Below the pieces are notes generated by a model, which made no database searches, was not told where the DNA came from, and was given only the letters and a program-made list of their open reading frames with translations. A stretch of 64,000 bases of DNA from Camelus dromedarius (taxonomy: Eukaryota): NCBI RefSeq assembly GCF_036321535.1, contig NC_087437.1:85872001-85936000 (forward strand). The letters are read 5' to 3'. Within the stretch, counting starts at the first letter, position 1, and the number at the start of each line of letters is the position of its first letter. Shown one piece after another: positions 39,989 to 52,019 of this stretch. The position numbers were made by a program, and so were the translations under genes.

Positions 39989-40876
39989 ATGATAAGAGGC
40001 AGCAAAGGAATTACCTCCCAGAGCAAGGTACAAGATAAAATCCTAGAAGAAGAAATAAGTGATGAGGAGATAAGCAATTTATCTGAGAAAGAATTTAAAG
40101 TAATGATGGTGAATATGTTCAGAGAATTCAAGAGGAGTATAGATGCAAAGAGTGAAGTCTTTAGCAAAGAGTTGGAAAAAATAAAGAATACCCAAACAGT
40201 GGAAGAATAAAATCACTGAAATGAATAACACACCAGGAGGAGCCAAGAATAGACTAAATGAGGCAGAAGAACGGATCAGTGAGCTAGAAGACAGATTAGT
40301 GGAAATCACTACTGCAAAACAGAAAACAGAAAAAAGGATAAAAAGGAATGAGGATAGTTTAGGAGAACTCTGGGACAACATAAAGCACTCTAATACAGGG
40401 GTCCCAGAAAGAGAAGAGAGAGAGAAAGGACATGAGAAAATTTTTGGAGAGATAATCACTAAAAACCTCCCCAACTTGGGAACGGAAACAGTCACCCAAG
40501 TCCAGGAAGTGCAGAGAGTACCACATAGGATCGACCCAAAGAGGAATACACCAAGGCACATAGTCATCAAATTGACAAAAATTAAGGATAAGGAGAAAAC
40601 ATTAAAATTAGCAAGAGAAAAGCAACAAATAACATACAAGGGAACTCCCATAAGGTGAGCAGCTGATTTTTCAGCAGAAACTCTACAGGCCAGAAGGGAG
40701 TGGCACGATATATTTAAAGTGATGAAAGGGGGAACTTACAACCAAGAATACTCTATTCAGCAAGGCTCTCGTTCAGACTTGATAGAGAAATCAAAAGCTT
40801 CACAGATAAACAAAAGCTAAAAGATTTCAGCACCACCAAACCAGCTTTACAACAAATGTTAAAGGGACTTCTTTAG
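39989..40876 (+). pseudogene. Disabled L1 ORF1p coding region
   Basis: EISNLSEKEFKVM, RLNEAEERISELED, PKRNTPRHIVIKL, ADFSAETLQARREW, TTKPALQQMLKGLL* (TAG 40874-40876); frameshifts near 40200 and 40730 and an in-frame TGA at 40656-40658. Confidence 0.95.
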
Positions 40877-40935
40877 TCATCAAACCAAAAGAAAAGGGAA
40901 CAAAAAGAAGAAAGAGAAAAAAATAGACCCACAAA

Positions 40936-41215
40936 AGATTGCTTTGGCTGTTCAGGGTCTTTTGTGGTTCCTTTATAAATTATGGAATTGTCTGTTCTAG
41001 TTCTATAAGGACTGTCATGAGTATTTTGATGGGGGTTGCGTTGGATCTGTGGATTGCTTTGGGTAGTGTGGCTGTTTTGACAGTGTTGATTCTTCCAATC
41101 CAAGAGCACAAGAAATCTTTTCATTTCTTTGTGTCATTTCGGTTGCCGGAGTATAGGTAACCTCCTTGGTTAAGTTTATTTCTAGGTATTTTGTTATTTT
41201 TGATGTAATGGAAAT
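40936..41215 (-). mobile_element. Inverted L1 ORF2 fragment inside the composite element
   Basis: Reverse strand encodes [28 protein letters not shown], the post-RT segment of L1 ORF2. Confidence 0.9.
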
Positions 41216-41269
41216 GTTTGTGTCAGTTATAAAATTCTGGTTTTTAAAGTGAAAAAAAAAAACTGAAGA

Positions 41270-41455
41270 GTGGCAAATGGCAAAGTATCCTTCTTTTTTA
41301 TGGGTGAGCTGTATTCCATTCTATATATATATATATACACACACTGCATCTTCATTATCTATTCAACTGTTAAAGTGCACTTAGGATGCTTCCATATCTT
41401 GGCAATTATAAATAATGTTGCTGTTAATAGCAAGGTGTATGTATCTTTTTTAATT
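41270..41455 (-). mobile_element. Antisense L1 ORF2-end scrap inside the composite element
   Basis: GCAAATGGCAAAGTATCCTTCTTTTTTATGG..TTCCATATCTTGGCAATTATAAATAATGTTGC. Confidence 0.85.
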
Positions 41456-41569
41456 AACTTTTATTTTGTGGTTGGCTTTATTCCTTTGATAACTATGTAA
41501 GTTTAAAAAGCTAAAGCTCTAAACAGTCTTAGAAACAATGAACAGTATATATATGTAAATTAAAAAATA

Positions 41570-42100
41570 TATGTGCAGTGGGAAAAAAAATGAGCTATCA
41601 AGCCATGAAAGACATGGAAGAAACTTAAAAGACATATTACTAAATGAAGGAAGCCAGTTGAAGAAGTCTACAAACTGGACGATTCCAACCAAATGACATT
41701 CTGGAAAAGGCACAGCTACAGAAACAATAAAGGTAGTAGTTTCCAGGGGTTGGGGAGAGGGAGTGAGGGAGGGATGAGTAAATGGAGCACAAGGGATTTT
41801 TAGGGTGATGAAATTATCCTGTATAGTACTATAGTGGTGGCTACATGACATTATGCATTTGTCAAAGTGCACAGAATGCATAACATCAAGAGTGAACCCT
41901 AATGTAAACTATGGAATATGGTTGATAATAATATGCCCATGTTGGTTCATCAATTGTACCAAATATGCCACACTGATGAGGGATGTTGAGGATAGGGGAG
42001 TATATATGTATGGGTGGGGAGTGCTATGTGGGAACTCTATATTTTCTGCTCAATTCTGCTGTAAACCTGAAACTGCTCCAAAAAAGTTAAGTCTATTAAA
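41570..42100 (+). mobile_element. L1MC1/2-like 3'UTR forming the 3' end of the composite element
   Basis: ATGAGCTATCAAGCCATGAAAGACATGG, CAAGAGTGAACCCTAATGTAAACTATGGA, CTGTAAACCTGAAACTGCTC. Confidence 0.85.
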
Positions 42101-43110
42101 AACAAAAAAAAAAAAGAAAGAAAGAAACAAGAAGTCCATAACTCTTTGAAATCTAATTTTCATTCTACTTTTGATGGAAAAGGAATGAGAGGGACTTCGG
42201 AAATAATTTGAAGAACTGCTCAAAGAAAAACTGTATTTTATGGCACAAAAACACTTCCTTTTCTTGTTGCTAATTAGAGTGGTAGTTATATCAGATTTGT
42301 TCAGGAACACGCGGGTAACGAGAGTTACACATGGCACAGGGAGGATTTCACTGAACTATGATATTTTAATATACTTGTTGCAGGAAGAGAAAGAGAGGGA
42401 TGAGAGAAAGATTGATAGAGAAAATAAAACAAAACAAAAATTAGGTTGGAGAGGACTATAGTGGAGGGATATGGGCTAAAATAGCAAAGGAGAAACTTGA
42501 AGAGAGACTCAAAGAGAACCAAAGAAGAATATAGCAGAAGACTGTCAAGCACCATGTGTGGGAATCTGTTTATTCCCAGTTTTGTTTTGTTTTGTTTGCT
42601 GCTGTTGTTGTTGTTGTTTGTTTAAGCTAATGTCCTGAAAGATCTTCACTAAACTCAGAACACAGTTTAGAATATTTGAAACTCTCAGAGCTACTGTCTG
42701 AGTAGTTGGGTAGAATAAACAAAACACCAATGGGGCGAGAACTAGTTGTGTTGGTTTTGCTTACTTTTCAAAGTTACTAAAGAAAGTATCTCAAGGACTA
42801 TCTTACAAATATCTTTTAATGGACTATAGTCTACCTATGACTTTTGTCAGAGGTATAATATTTACATGAATATTTCCAACTGCACTTCAATTATTTTTTG
42901 CTTGAACTTTCCTAAATAATTTTGCATGTATGGTAGATTAATTGATCTGTTGCTCATACTTGTTAGAATTAGAAAGCCAGTAGGTTGAGAGAGAAGAAAA
43001 GAAAAACAAAAACAAAAAAACTCAATGCATACTATTTTGGAATACTGAAATGACAATTATGGAAGCTTGAAGTCAATTTGAAAGAGAAATGTAAGATATA
43101 AGCATCTATT

Positions 43111-43960
43111 GTGGGGGGTGTGTGTGTGTGTGTGTATATATGTGTGTGTGTGTAATGGAATATTACTCTGTCATAGAAAAGAATGAAATAATGTCATTTG
43201 CGTTGCAACATGGGTAGACCTAGAGATTATCATACTAAGTGAAGTAAGTGAGATAAAAAAAAAAAGACACAAAAGAACTTATTTACAAAACAGAAACAGA
43301 CTCACAGACATAGAAAACAAACTTATGGTTACCAAGGAGGAAAGAGGGTGGGAAGGGATAAATTGGGAGTTTGAGAGTTTCAGATAATACTATATATATA
43401 AAATAGATAAACAAGAAGTTTCTTCTGTATAGCACAGGGAACTCTATTCAATATTTTGCAGTAACCTAAATGAAAAAGAATATGAAAACAAATGTATGTA
43501 TGTATATGTATGACTGAAACATTATGCTGTACATCAGAAATTGACACAACATTGTAAACTGACTGTACTACAATTACAAAAAAGAAAAAAAGAGAAAGAT
43601 GAATGTCATACAATATCACTTATATATGTAATCTAAAAAATGATACTATGAACTTATTTACAAAACAGAAATAGACTCACAGATGTAGAAAACAAACTTA
43701 TGGTTACCAATGAGGAAAGGGAGGGGGAGGATGGGATAAATTAGGAGTTTGGGATTAGTAGATACAAACTACCATAGACAGAATAAATAAACAACAAGGT
43801 CCTATCATATAGCATAGAGAACTATATTCAATATCTTATAATAACCAATAATGTAAAAGAATATGAAAAAGAATATATATATACACATAACTGAATCACT
43901 ATGCTATACACCAGAAACTAAGACAACATTGTAAATCAACTATACTTCAATTAAAAAATA
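43111..43960 (+). mobile_element. 5'-truncated L1 3' end with TSD, containing a nested younger L1
   Basis: TSD TAAGCATCTATT at 43099-43110 and 43963-43974; L1 3'UTR wording on both sides of the insert. Confidence 0.9.
43268..43590 (+). mobile_element. Nested younger camelid-type L1 3' end
   Basis: Second copy of GAACTTATTTACAAAACAGAAA..ACATTGTAAACTGACTGTAC with its own A-tail, inside the outer L1. Confidence 0.85.
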
Positions 43961-44799
43961 TCTAAGCATCTATTAAACTCAAAAAGCATTATTTTTACGT
44001 TTTTCTGATATATTTTTTAAAATCTGACCCTAACATCATTTGGGAGTACTTATTTGGAATGCCTGAGAGATCAGCATGCTGGATAACATCTAACATCTTG
44101 TTCAATCCTTTGAAGGGTGTTAAGAGAACTCTTATCACTTGTATGTAATTACTTCTCTGTACATGTTAATTCCAGGCAAACTTGTTTGTAAAAAATAGTT
44201 CAGAGAACTCAGCATAGCATACAAGAATATGTCTTCTAAATGAAATAAATTAACTACCTCATTTTTAATTCAAAACACAATATGAGCTGATAAAGTTCTG
44301 AAAATAAAAAATATCCCAAGTAGGAGGCACAATCTGTTTACTAGATTGCTCATGTTTTTCTTTTTCTAAAAAAAAAAAAAAGAAAGAAGGAAAAAACCTC
44401 ATGATAACATGTAGGTCTGATATAGAATAATCATAAGAAAAATTAAAAATGAGCAACTCAGCAACCACCTTCTAGTGTGATTCACGTGCCAAGTGATCAA
44501 GGTAAAGAGACGACTCCCACAATGTGAAGTTCAGCTCCTTTTGAAACAGATTACGCTGTGGATCACTAATTATCCAGTCAGCTTCAGTTGTTCATATGGC
44601 TAAATTAAAAGATAATAAGTAATCAACATAATTATTCTGTCATCTAAATAATGAATAAGCTCACCCTTCTTTCATTTGCTCTGCAAAAATTAATTTATTA
44701 TATAATTTGAGTCTAGCACTATAAAATGTAAGAAATCATAAATGCCTTTGCCCATAAGAAGTTGAAAAACGTGGGGAAAGAAGGAAACACCATCATCTC

Positions 44800-45390
44800 C
44801 CACTAGAAGCAGTGTTGTCTCTGTGAAATCCATCCTCCTCTCTGCGTTTAGGGTGATCTTTACAAAGGCATATCTGATTGTGTCATCTCCCTCCCCACCC
44901 CTCCAACCAAAGACATGAACTATTTCATTCAATTTCCAATGCACTCAGCTATAAATGCAAAACTCCTCCCAGGGTTTTTAGTGCTCTTCCTAGTCCTCCC
45001 CTAGAGACCTTCCAGCCTGGCCTCTCACTGTGCTCCCCCTCTCTGCCTCAGCCACACTGGCCACCCTTCCCCTAACCATGATGTCTTTGGTTTTGCTTTG
45101 TCAGGTTCATTCCTATTTCAGTTCTAAGCATAACTGTCACCTCTCTGGCCTCCCTTTTTAGGTCAAATTCTTTATGTATAATATTTTACAGCACCACGAA
45201 CCTCTCCTCTGTGCTTAGGGGTTAGAGACAGTTGTACGGTTATGTTATTAATTAAATTCTATCTTCCTCTCTTGGCTGTGAGCTGCAAAAGTAGAAAAAC
45301 CATGTTCAGTTTTCCTCATTATTGTAAAAGAAGTGCTTTCTTAAAGAGCCTGTCTCCTGTAACTCCTCGGTAAATATTCGTAGAATGACT
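44800..45390 (+). mobile_element. L2 3' portion
   Basis: GGGTGATCTTTACAAAGGCATATCTGATTGTGTCA..CAGCCACACTGGCC..TAAATATTCGTAGAATGA. Confidence 0.8.
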
Positions 45391-46004
45391 GTTACTATTA
45401 AGTGAAAAACGAAGCCTAATTCAGCATTCTATCAATGGAACTTCAGAAAATCCCCTCCTTACATTAATAATGAGTTTTAATCTTCAGCTTAAACTAGTCA
45501 TTGGCTATTGATTGTTTGGGTTTTATTTGTTTGTTTCTTTGTTTTTGAAAAGCAAACCCTGAATTGCTCATATTAGCAAAGAAAATGACTGCTTCTAACC
45601 ATATTGTAAACATTTACTCCATCTATTCAAATATTCACAAAAACCATATGTGAATTCAAAGGTGTTTCACAGATTTTAATCACTCAAGAGCATGAATTTG
45701 TAAATGTATTTTAAAATAAATGCAAACCATATTACTTCTGGGAATTCTGTTGTCTCACTCTGCCCTATTTATGGCAGATCAAGACAATGTACTTGCTGTG
45801 ATTGATAAACTGAATTGTCAATTAAGTTTGTGCTTCTGTGAAAGAGACTTGGTGCTCCTTCATTTACCTGCATTAGACATTTTCCCAATGTTTTTTCCCT
45901 TGACTGAAGAATCAGAAATGACTTTTTCTGTTTTGAAAAATAAATCACTTAACCCCACTAAGTATTCCTCTTACCTATTGTTTTTATATTTTCATTGTTA
46001 GTTA

Positions 46005-46210
46005 AACAAGTTTGTGAACAAATAAATTACCAAGCACTTGTAACGTGTCAGGTTCTATGCAAAGTATTTTACCCGCACTATCTCATTTTAACATCATGTA
46101 GAGACAATTATTGGATTCTTTGAATAACTAAAGAGAAGTTTATTAAGTTGCCTCATTATCACCAGTTAATAAGGGGCATGACTGGGATTTTAGACCAGTT
46201 TTCCTTCCTT
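46005..46210 (-). mobile_element. MIR fragment
   Basis: CAAGCACTTG..TGTCAGG..TCTCATTTTA..AAGTTGCC..CTGGGATTTTAGACCAG. Confidence 0.55.
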
Positions 46211-47469
46211 CCCAAAAGGTTACAGCAAGGATAAAAGAAACAGCATGAAGTGGGAGAAAGATTCCTAAACTTGAGTCTTTTAAAATCCAGAGATAAGCCA
46301 TGACTCCATGACTAACTGACAAGTCACTAAAGTTCCCTATAATCCCCTTTAAAATAAGGAATATGTAGAAGGTCAGGGCCAAAACCATTGTCTGCCGAGC
46401 CAAAGTTAATTGATTCTCTGCTTTCCTCATCTTCCCTTTACCCAGCCCCAAAATTAAGTCCAAAGAAAGAATGATGAATGGCTTAATGATCATGTACTAT
46501 ACAAGCAGACAGGAATGTAATCATACAGTCAGCATTTTTCATCTTCTAAACCATGTGCTTATCTTCACAGAGTAGAATTTTTAGATTAGTAGCATTTTTT
46601 TTTTAATGTGGTGTATATCATTAGGAGATAAGACTACTACCAGCTGTTTGAAGGAAATAGGAGTTTTACTAAAAGAATCCATTGGAAGGAAGTGAATAAG
46701 ACAGATTGGTGATAGGAGAGGAAATCAAGTCTAATGGCTCCATTTCTTATCCCAGCTTCCTATCTTTCTTACAAGTTTCAATCGTTTTTGTAAAGGATTT
46801 TAATATCTTCATTTACATCTCTATAAACTTATAATGTGGAAATTTTTAATTTACATAAAAATTAATGCTTGAAAAGTACTTCCAAATCCTTAGTATTTCA
46901 AGCATTTTAAATGAACTCATATCATAATATATGGTCGACTATACCATACAATGTGATAAAACAATGGTTTTCAACAGTGTTGAAGAAATCTTAATTAGAG
47001 AGGCTAGAACCAAGATGGAGTACAAAGATCTACAAAAGTGATGCATGGCAGGTGTACTGAAGCTGTACAGTTTGTAATATAAAGAACAGTTGGATTAGAT
47101 TTAGATAATGTGGGACTAAATTCCACTTTTTTCTATTTTTTTGACTATATTTTATGGCTGTTAAATAAATAATCTGGCATAAACTCACAAATTTTTATTC
47201 TCCCTTGTATAAGAAAGCTAATCAAAGGTAAGCTCCTATATCTTATTCTTCTGTTATGCCATCATCAGTGTCTACATTGGCTGCCAAGCTCCCACCTTCA
47301 GATTCCCACTAGAGCTAGCAAAAAAAGGAGAAAAGAGAGAAAATAAGGTCATGTCCCTGTACATAGCATGCATACTTATACCACACTGGCTGAGACTTAG
47401 TCATAGTCACAAAGCAAGCCAGGAAACAGTCTTTACTCATGGTCATGTACATAACCAAAAATCCATGTA

Positions 47470-47670
47470 CAGATAGGTAGATAGGTAGGTAGGTAGGTAG
47501 GTAGATGGAAAGAAAGAAAGAAAGAGAAAGAAAGAGAGAAAGAGAAAGAAAGAGAGAAAGAGAAAAAGAAAGAAAAGAAAAGAAAGGAAAAGAAAAGAAA
47601 AGAAAAGAAAAGAAAAGAAAAGAAAAGAAAAGAAAAAGAAAGAAAGAAAGAAAGAGAGAAAAGAAAGAAA
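47470..47670. repeat. Compound microsatellite (TAGG)n-(AAAG)n-(AAAAG)n
   Basis: Read directly; gives ~165 bp of uninterrupted polypurine from 47507. Confidence 0.97.
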
Positions 47671-47939
47671 ATTATCAGTGTCTGCCATGATGATCTTATG
47701 CAAGTGACATTACCTACCTAAAAACCAAATTCATCATCTGTAACAAGGATTTTAATATCTCTGTTATCAGAATGTGATGATGATGGCATATTTGAAAGTG
47801 TCTGTCACACCTGTAAATCAATGTGTTTACATTTAAGCCTTATATGGACTTAAGATATTATTTGTTCATAAGAGTTTGTGAATAGAAAAAAAAAAAAAAC
47901 CCTGCAAATATGCTGTTTATTACCAATAGAGGTATGACA

Positions 47940-48330
47940 GTTTGGGCATGAGTCAATGCATTTTTAAAGCATTGTTTTTTCAATATGATTTTAAAGATTC
48001 TGTTTCTAACAGAGAAATGACTCTCAAATATTAATCACTGAGCTTAATCTTCTACCACTTATAGCTCTCTGAGAAATATGACTTTCTTTCTCTTTAGCAA
48101 GGAGGGTTTTTTCCTAGTTCAGAAGCTCTGAAACTATTCAAAAGTGAGAAGTCACTGCAGCAGTCCCGTCAGATCGCCCTGCACCTGTTCACAGCCGCGC
48201 TGTGGAATGCTCAGGGGGGATTATTGTGTTTCAGTCACATTCCTACACACCTACCACTTGTACATTCTTCAGAAGTCTCTAATAAAAGCAGTCTCTTTTT
48301 AACAGTAACGCAACGTCTGTGAAGATAGAT
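47940..48330. promoter_or_regulatory. Candidate AP-1/TEAD enhancer
   Basis: TGAGTCA 47949-47955, GGAATG 48204-48209, CATTCC 48238-48243, E-box CACCTG 48182-48187 and local CpGs in unique sequence. Confidence 0.3.
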
Positions 48331-51300
48331 TATCTTTTTTATGGGATAAGGCACCAGACAGACAAAGGACTGCTAACTAAAAGCAAGGAGACTCCCATTT
48401 CTAGTGACAGGGGAAGTGGAAATCATCTGTCAAGATAATAAAGAGAAGCCGCTGAGTGCAAAGTTAAGCTTTGAATTCTTTTTAAGCAAACATGGAGAAA
48501 AAGTTGGATTATTTGTCCTCAAAGAAACTACCTCAGAACATTGAAGTTCCTTGGTGGATCCAAAGAAAGACTATTGCTGACAATTGGTAAAAGAGATACA
48601 ATGAACCAGTTGTCAGACATGCCTACGGAATGCCAATTTGTAAAATAAAACCCTTTGAACAACCAAAGGATGTTTAAAAAGAAGCTGCTGATTCAAAATG
48701 AATAACTTCACTTTGCTGTGTTTTCTGCTCTTGTATAGATCACCATTATTATTTTTACTTTCTATTTTCAGCAGAAATTTGAGTTAACCTTTTGTTCCAT
48801 CTGTAGCTCGCCTTCTGAAGCAGTACCACCTCCTTTTCATTATTCCTTTCAAAAGCACTGAAATTTGCAAAACGTGCCATTTCCCTCCCTCACTCTGTGG
48901 AGGAGGAGCAGAGCCAGCTTTTCAAGCATGAAGATTCCTAATAATCAAAGGAACTTGAGGGCTAAAATGAGTATGCAGAGCGGGTAATACTCAGTGCCAG
49001 AGCAGGTGTGATTGGAGAGGCAAAAAAATCCTCTTGCTCTAAAATTCGTTCTTTAGAAGCCTGTCAAAACACCTGGGACTCCCACTGTGACTTGCTGAAA
49101 ATTTTAAGCCTCTAAGAAAAATTAAAAATATTCTCACGAAGATATTATTCACTAAACCACTACCAACCAGAAACATCTCAGCTCATACTGGTTTGCATGA
49201 TTCTCTCTACCTGAGACCACTATGCTACTCTCCTAATTTCTTAGCAAAAGATAGTAAGAAGAAATTAGAGGCTGAGCTCCAAACCTTTTCTTAAATGAAG
49301 ACACTGGTAAGATTAAAGGAGTTGCCAACTCCCTCTAAGATAGTATTCATTTAGTTTGTGAGATAATTTCAGCATTTGAGAATATAAAAGACAAAATTTT
49401 GCTCTGAATTCAATAGCATCATTAAATACTCTTTTTTCTTATCCACAGTAGCACTTTTATATATTTAAGACAGAGCTGTCTATGTTTACAAAATATAGAT
49501 TTGTCCAATTCTCAGGGAGTATTCAAAGCAAGTAAGCAACTGGGACTCCTTATAGTAACATCTTGGCACTTTAACCTGGTGTGCTCCCTGGAAGGGCAGA
49601 CGTGCACACCTGGCTGTGCCAGATAGGCGGTGTCACAGGGAGAAGCTTGGCTGGGGGCTGGCAGGAGGCAGTCTGTGAGAGCTGGGCACAGAGGGCTGAC
49701 TCTGGCTCTGTTGTAAAGACAGGTAGGAAACCAAACCATTCCCCCAAAATTCGGCCTTGTCAGTTCATCCCTGATGATGAATTTCCCACATAGGTGTGGA
49801 ACGACATAGTAGATGATATAAATTTGCAGTGCAGAATAAAGGTTAAGGACTGGAAGAGGCCTTGGAGGTCACATAATCTGATTGGATGCACCACCTTATG
49901 GGCGATATCTAGTAACTGCCAGGGCAGGACTAACTGCCAGGGCCCTCTTTGTATGGAACTATTGACATTAACTAAATATTAGTCAGAAAAATATCATCAA
50001 ATGCAATGTTTCCAAACATGTTGATACTGTTATACACTAAATAAATGTACTGCCTAAAAAGATTCTGCTGTGCATCCTTTGTAAAGTCTTATATCACACA
50101 TAAGGTATAGAACTAGGCTCAGAAGACACACCAGTATTACTTCTGCCATAAACTGCATGACTTTTTGGCATGTTATCACACGGACTCATCTTTTGTTCTG
50201 ATAAATGTAAATGTTAGACTTTTTAAATCTCTAAAGTTCCTTCAAATTTATTATTACCATCGTCATGATATGCCCTAACAACTTGAAGAAAGGTTATATT
50301 GAGATTGCAATAATATATTCACATTAAAAAATAAAAACTGTCACTAGAGAGCAATGGTATTATAAAGACATTACATTTTGAGATACCTTCAGTGATAGTA
50401 ACTGAAAACTGTTGAGGGTCTGGCTCAAAACCCCAGAGTGACAAGTTTTCCTATTTGTACAAGGAGATAGTAATAATGTTAAGTTGATTTTAATCATTCT
50501 AAGTATTAAGGCCATATTAAATGTAACACTTTTTCTCTTGATAAGCAACTAAGACTGTACATCCACTGTCAGAGAGAATTGTAGAGATGAGGACAAAGAG
50601 TATATATTTTTGGCCCCAGTGTCCCAGATTGGCATGTATTTAGTCTCCTGGAGAGCTATTTAATTCCCCTTTATTGTTCAAGTGTATCCCACTTGAGTAA
50701 AGGATAAAAGGCATACGAAATTATTAACTTTCTACCAATTCCATTTGACAGGAGAGTGAAATAACTAACACTTGCCCCTAAGGCTATTTCTATATAAAAG
50801 TATAACCAACTAGAGAAAGGGGTAATTAATCAAGCAACAATTTTTCTATTAATTACCTAATATTTTTACTGACTTTCCCCCAGAGAATGAATTGTTTACA
50901 TGGCCTTATGTAAACAGGACTTAAAAGAAGCTAAACACATGAAACAGAAAATCAAGCTGAGGTTTGTTTGGACTACAGTATTGCAAATGTCCATCTCTTA
51001 TTTATTTAGTTCCCAAACATTTCTTGAATGTATAAAATATTTCAAAAAATGTCCTGTGTAAATCTAAAACTTTTCCAATTAATCACTGCAAAGTTCATTG
51101 TGCCTCTAAGGCATATTCAACTTTAATAAACATATTTGGCTATGTGAGAACATGGAGGGGAATGGTGGTACCTATGAGTGTGACGTAAAACCTGTTATAC
51201 TGGTAACACACAACAGACAACTGGTCTTTTGAGTGCAGAGGGATGTGGCCCAAAGAGTAGAATAAATCATCGGAGTAGAAAAGAATATGAAAGAGTAAAA

Positions 51301-52019
51301 TATGATTGTCAGATTTGCGTTGAACTCAAAGCCTTATTCCAAAGGGAACTTGAGGCTGATTTTGTTTATTAGAGGGGTTAGGGGATAATATTGTTGTTGC
51401 AAAATTAAAAAGTGTTTCTATTAAACTTGGGCTTCTGAAAAAAGTAAGAGACAAGGATAAGTATCCAAGAACTATTAACTCCAAAACACTTAACATGTTT
51501 AGTTACTAATCAAAAGAAGAAAACAGACTTGAGTACTAGGAAAACTGTTCATTCTCTTTTTAGACCTGCAAAGCATTTTAATATATTTTGCCAGAGTCAG
51601 TTACAAACCCAGAATTGCAATTTATAAAAATCCACTATGGTTTCAAGAGATTTATTCGGGAAAAAAAAAAAAAACAGAAAACAGAAAAACAAAAGAAAAT
51701 TATGGGGTCTGACAATCCTAGCAGTATACAGAACCAGGTTTGGGAAACAGACTGGAGCTAAGGTAGCTCCTAACATGCAAAAAACATAAAGCACAATCAG
51801 CAGAACAGTGTGGCCAGGATATCAGCACTGTAAAGTACTCAGGCTGCCCCTGGGACATATGCTCTCCACTACTGACAAGACTACAGAGTGGACATTCCAT
51901 CTTACCTCTGTCAGTTCATTCTACTCCATTGCCTTAGTATCACTCATTAAAGCATCAGAGTCCTGTATAGAAGTACATGATTGATCAAACCCATGCCAGA
52001 TTTCTGATACTGGAAAGCC

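Larger units (their letters stand above)
39060..42121 (+). mobile_element. Composite L1-derived retroelement (HAL1-like) with 15-bp TSD
   Basis: AAGAAACAAGAAGTC at 39045-39059 and 42122-42136; L1 5' start with YY1-like CAAGATGG (39071-39078); ATTAAA + A-tail at 42095-42121. Confidence 0.85.

Noticed and set aside
40079..40651. 190-aa minus-strand ORF
   Set aside because: Antisense shadow of L1 ORF1.
39989..40876. Functional or domesticated L1 ORF1 gene
   Set aside because: At least two frameshifts and an in-frame stop in this copy.
47443..47703. K/R/E-rich and F/L/S-rich ORFs
   Set aside because: Translations of the (AAAG)n/(AAAAG)n microsatellite.
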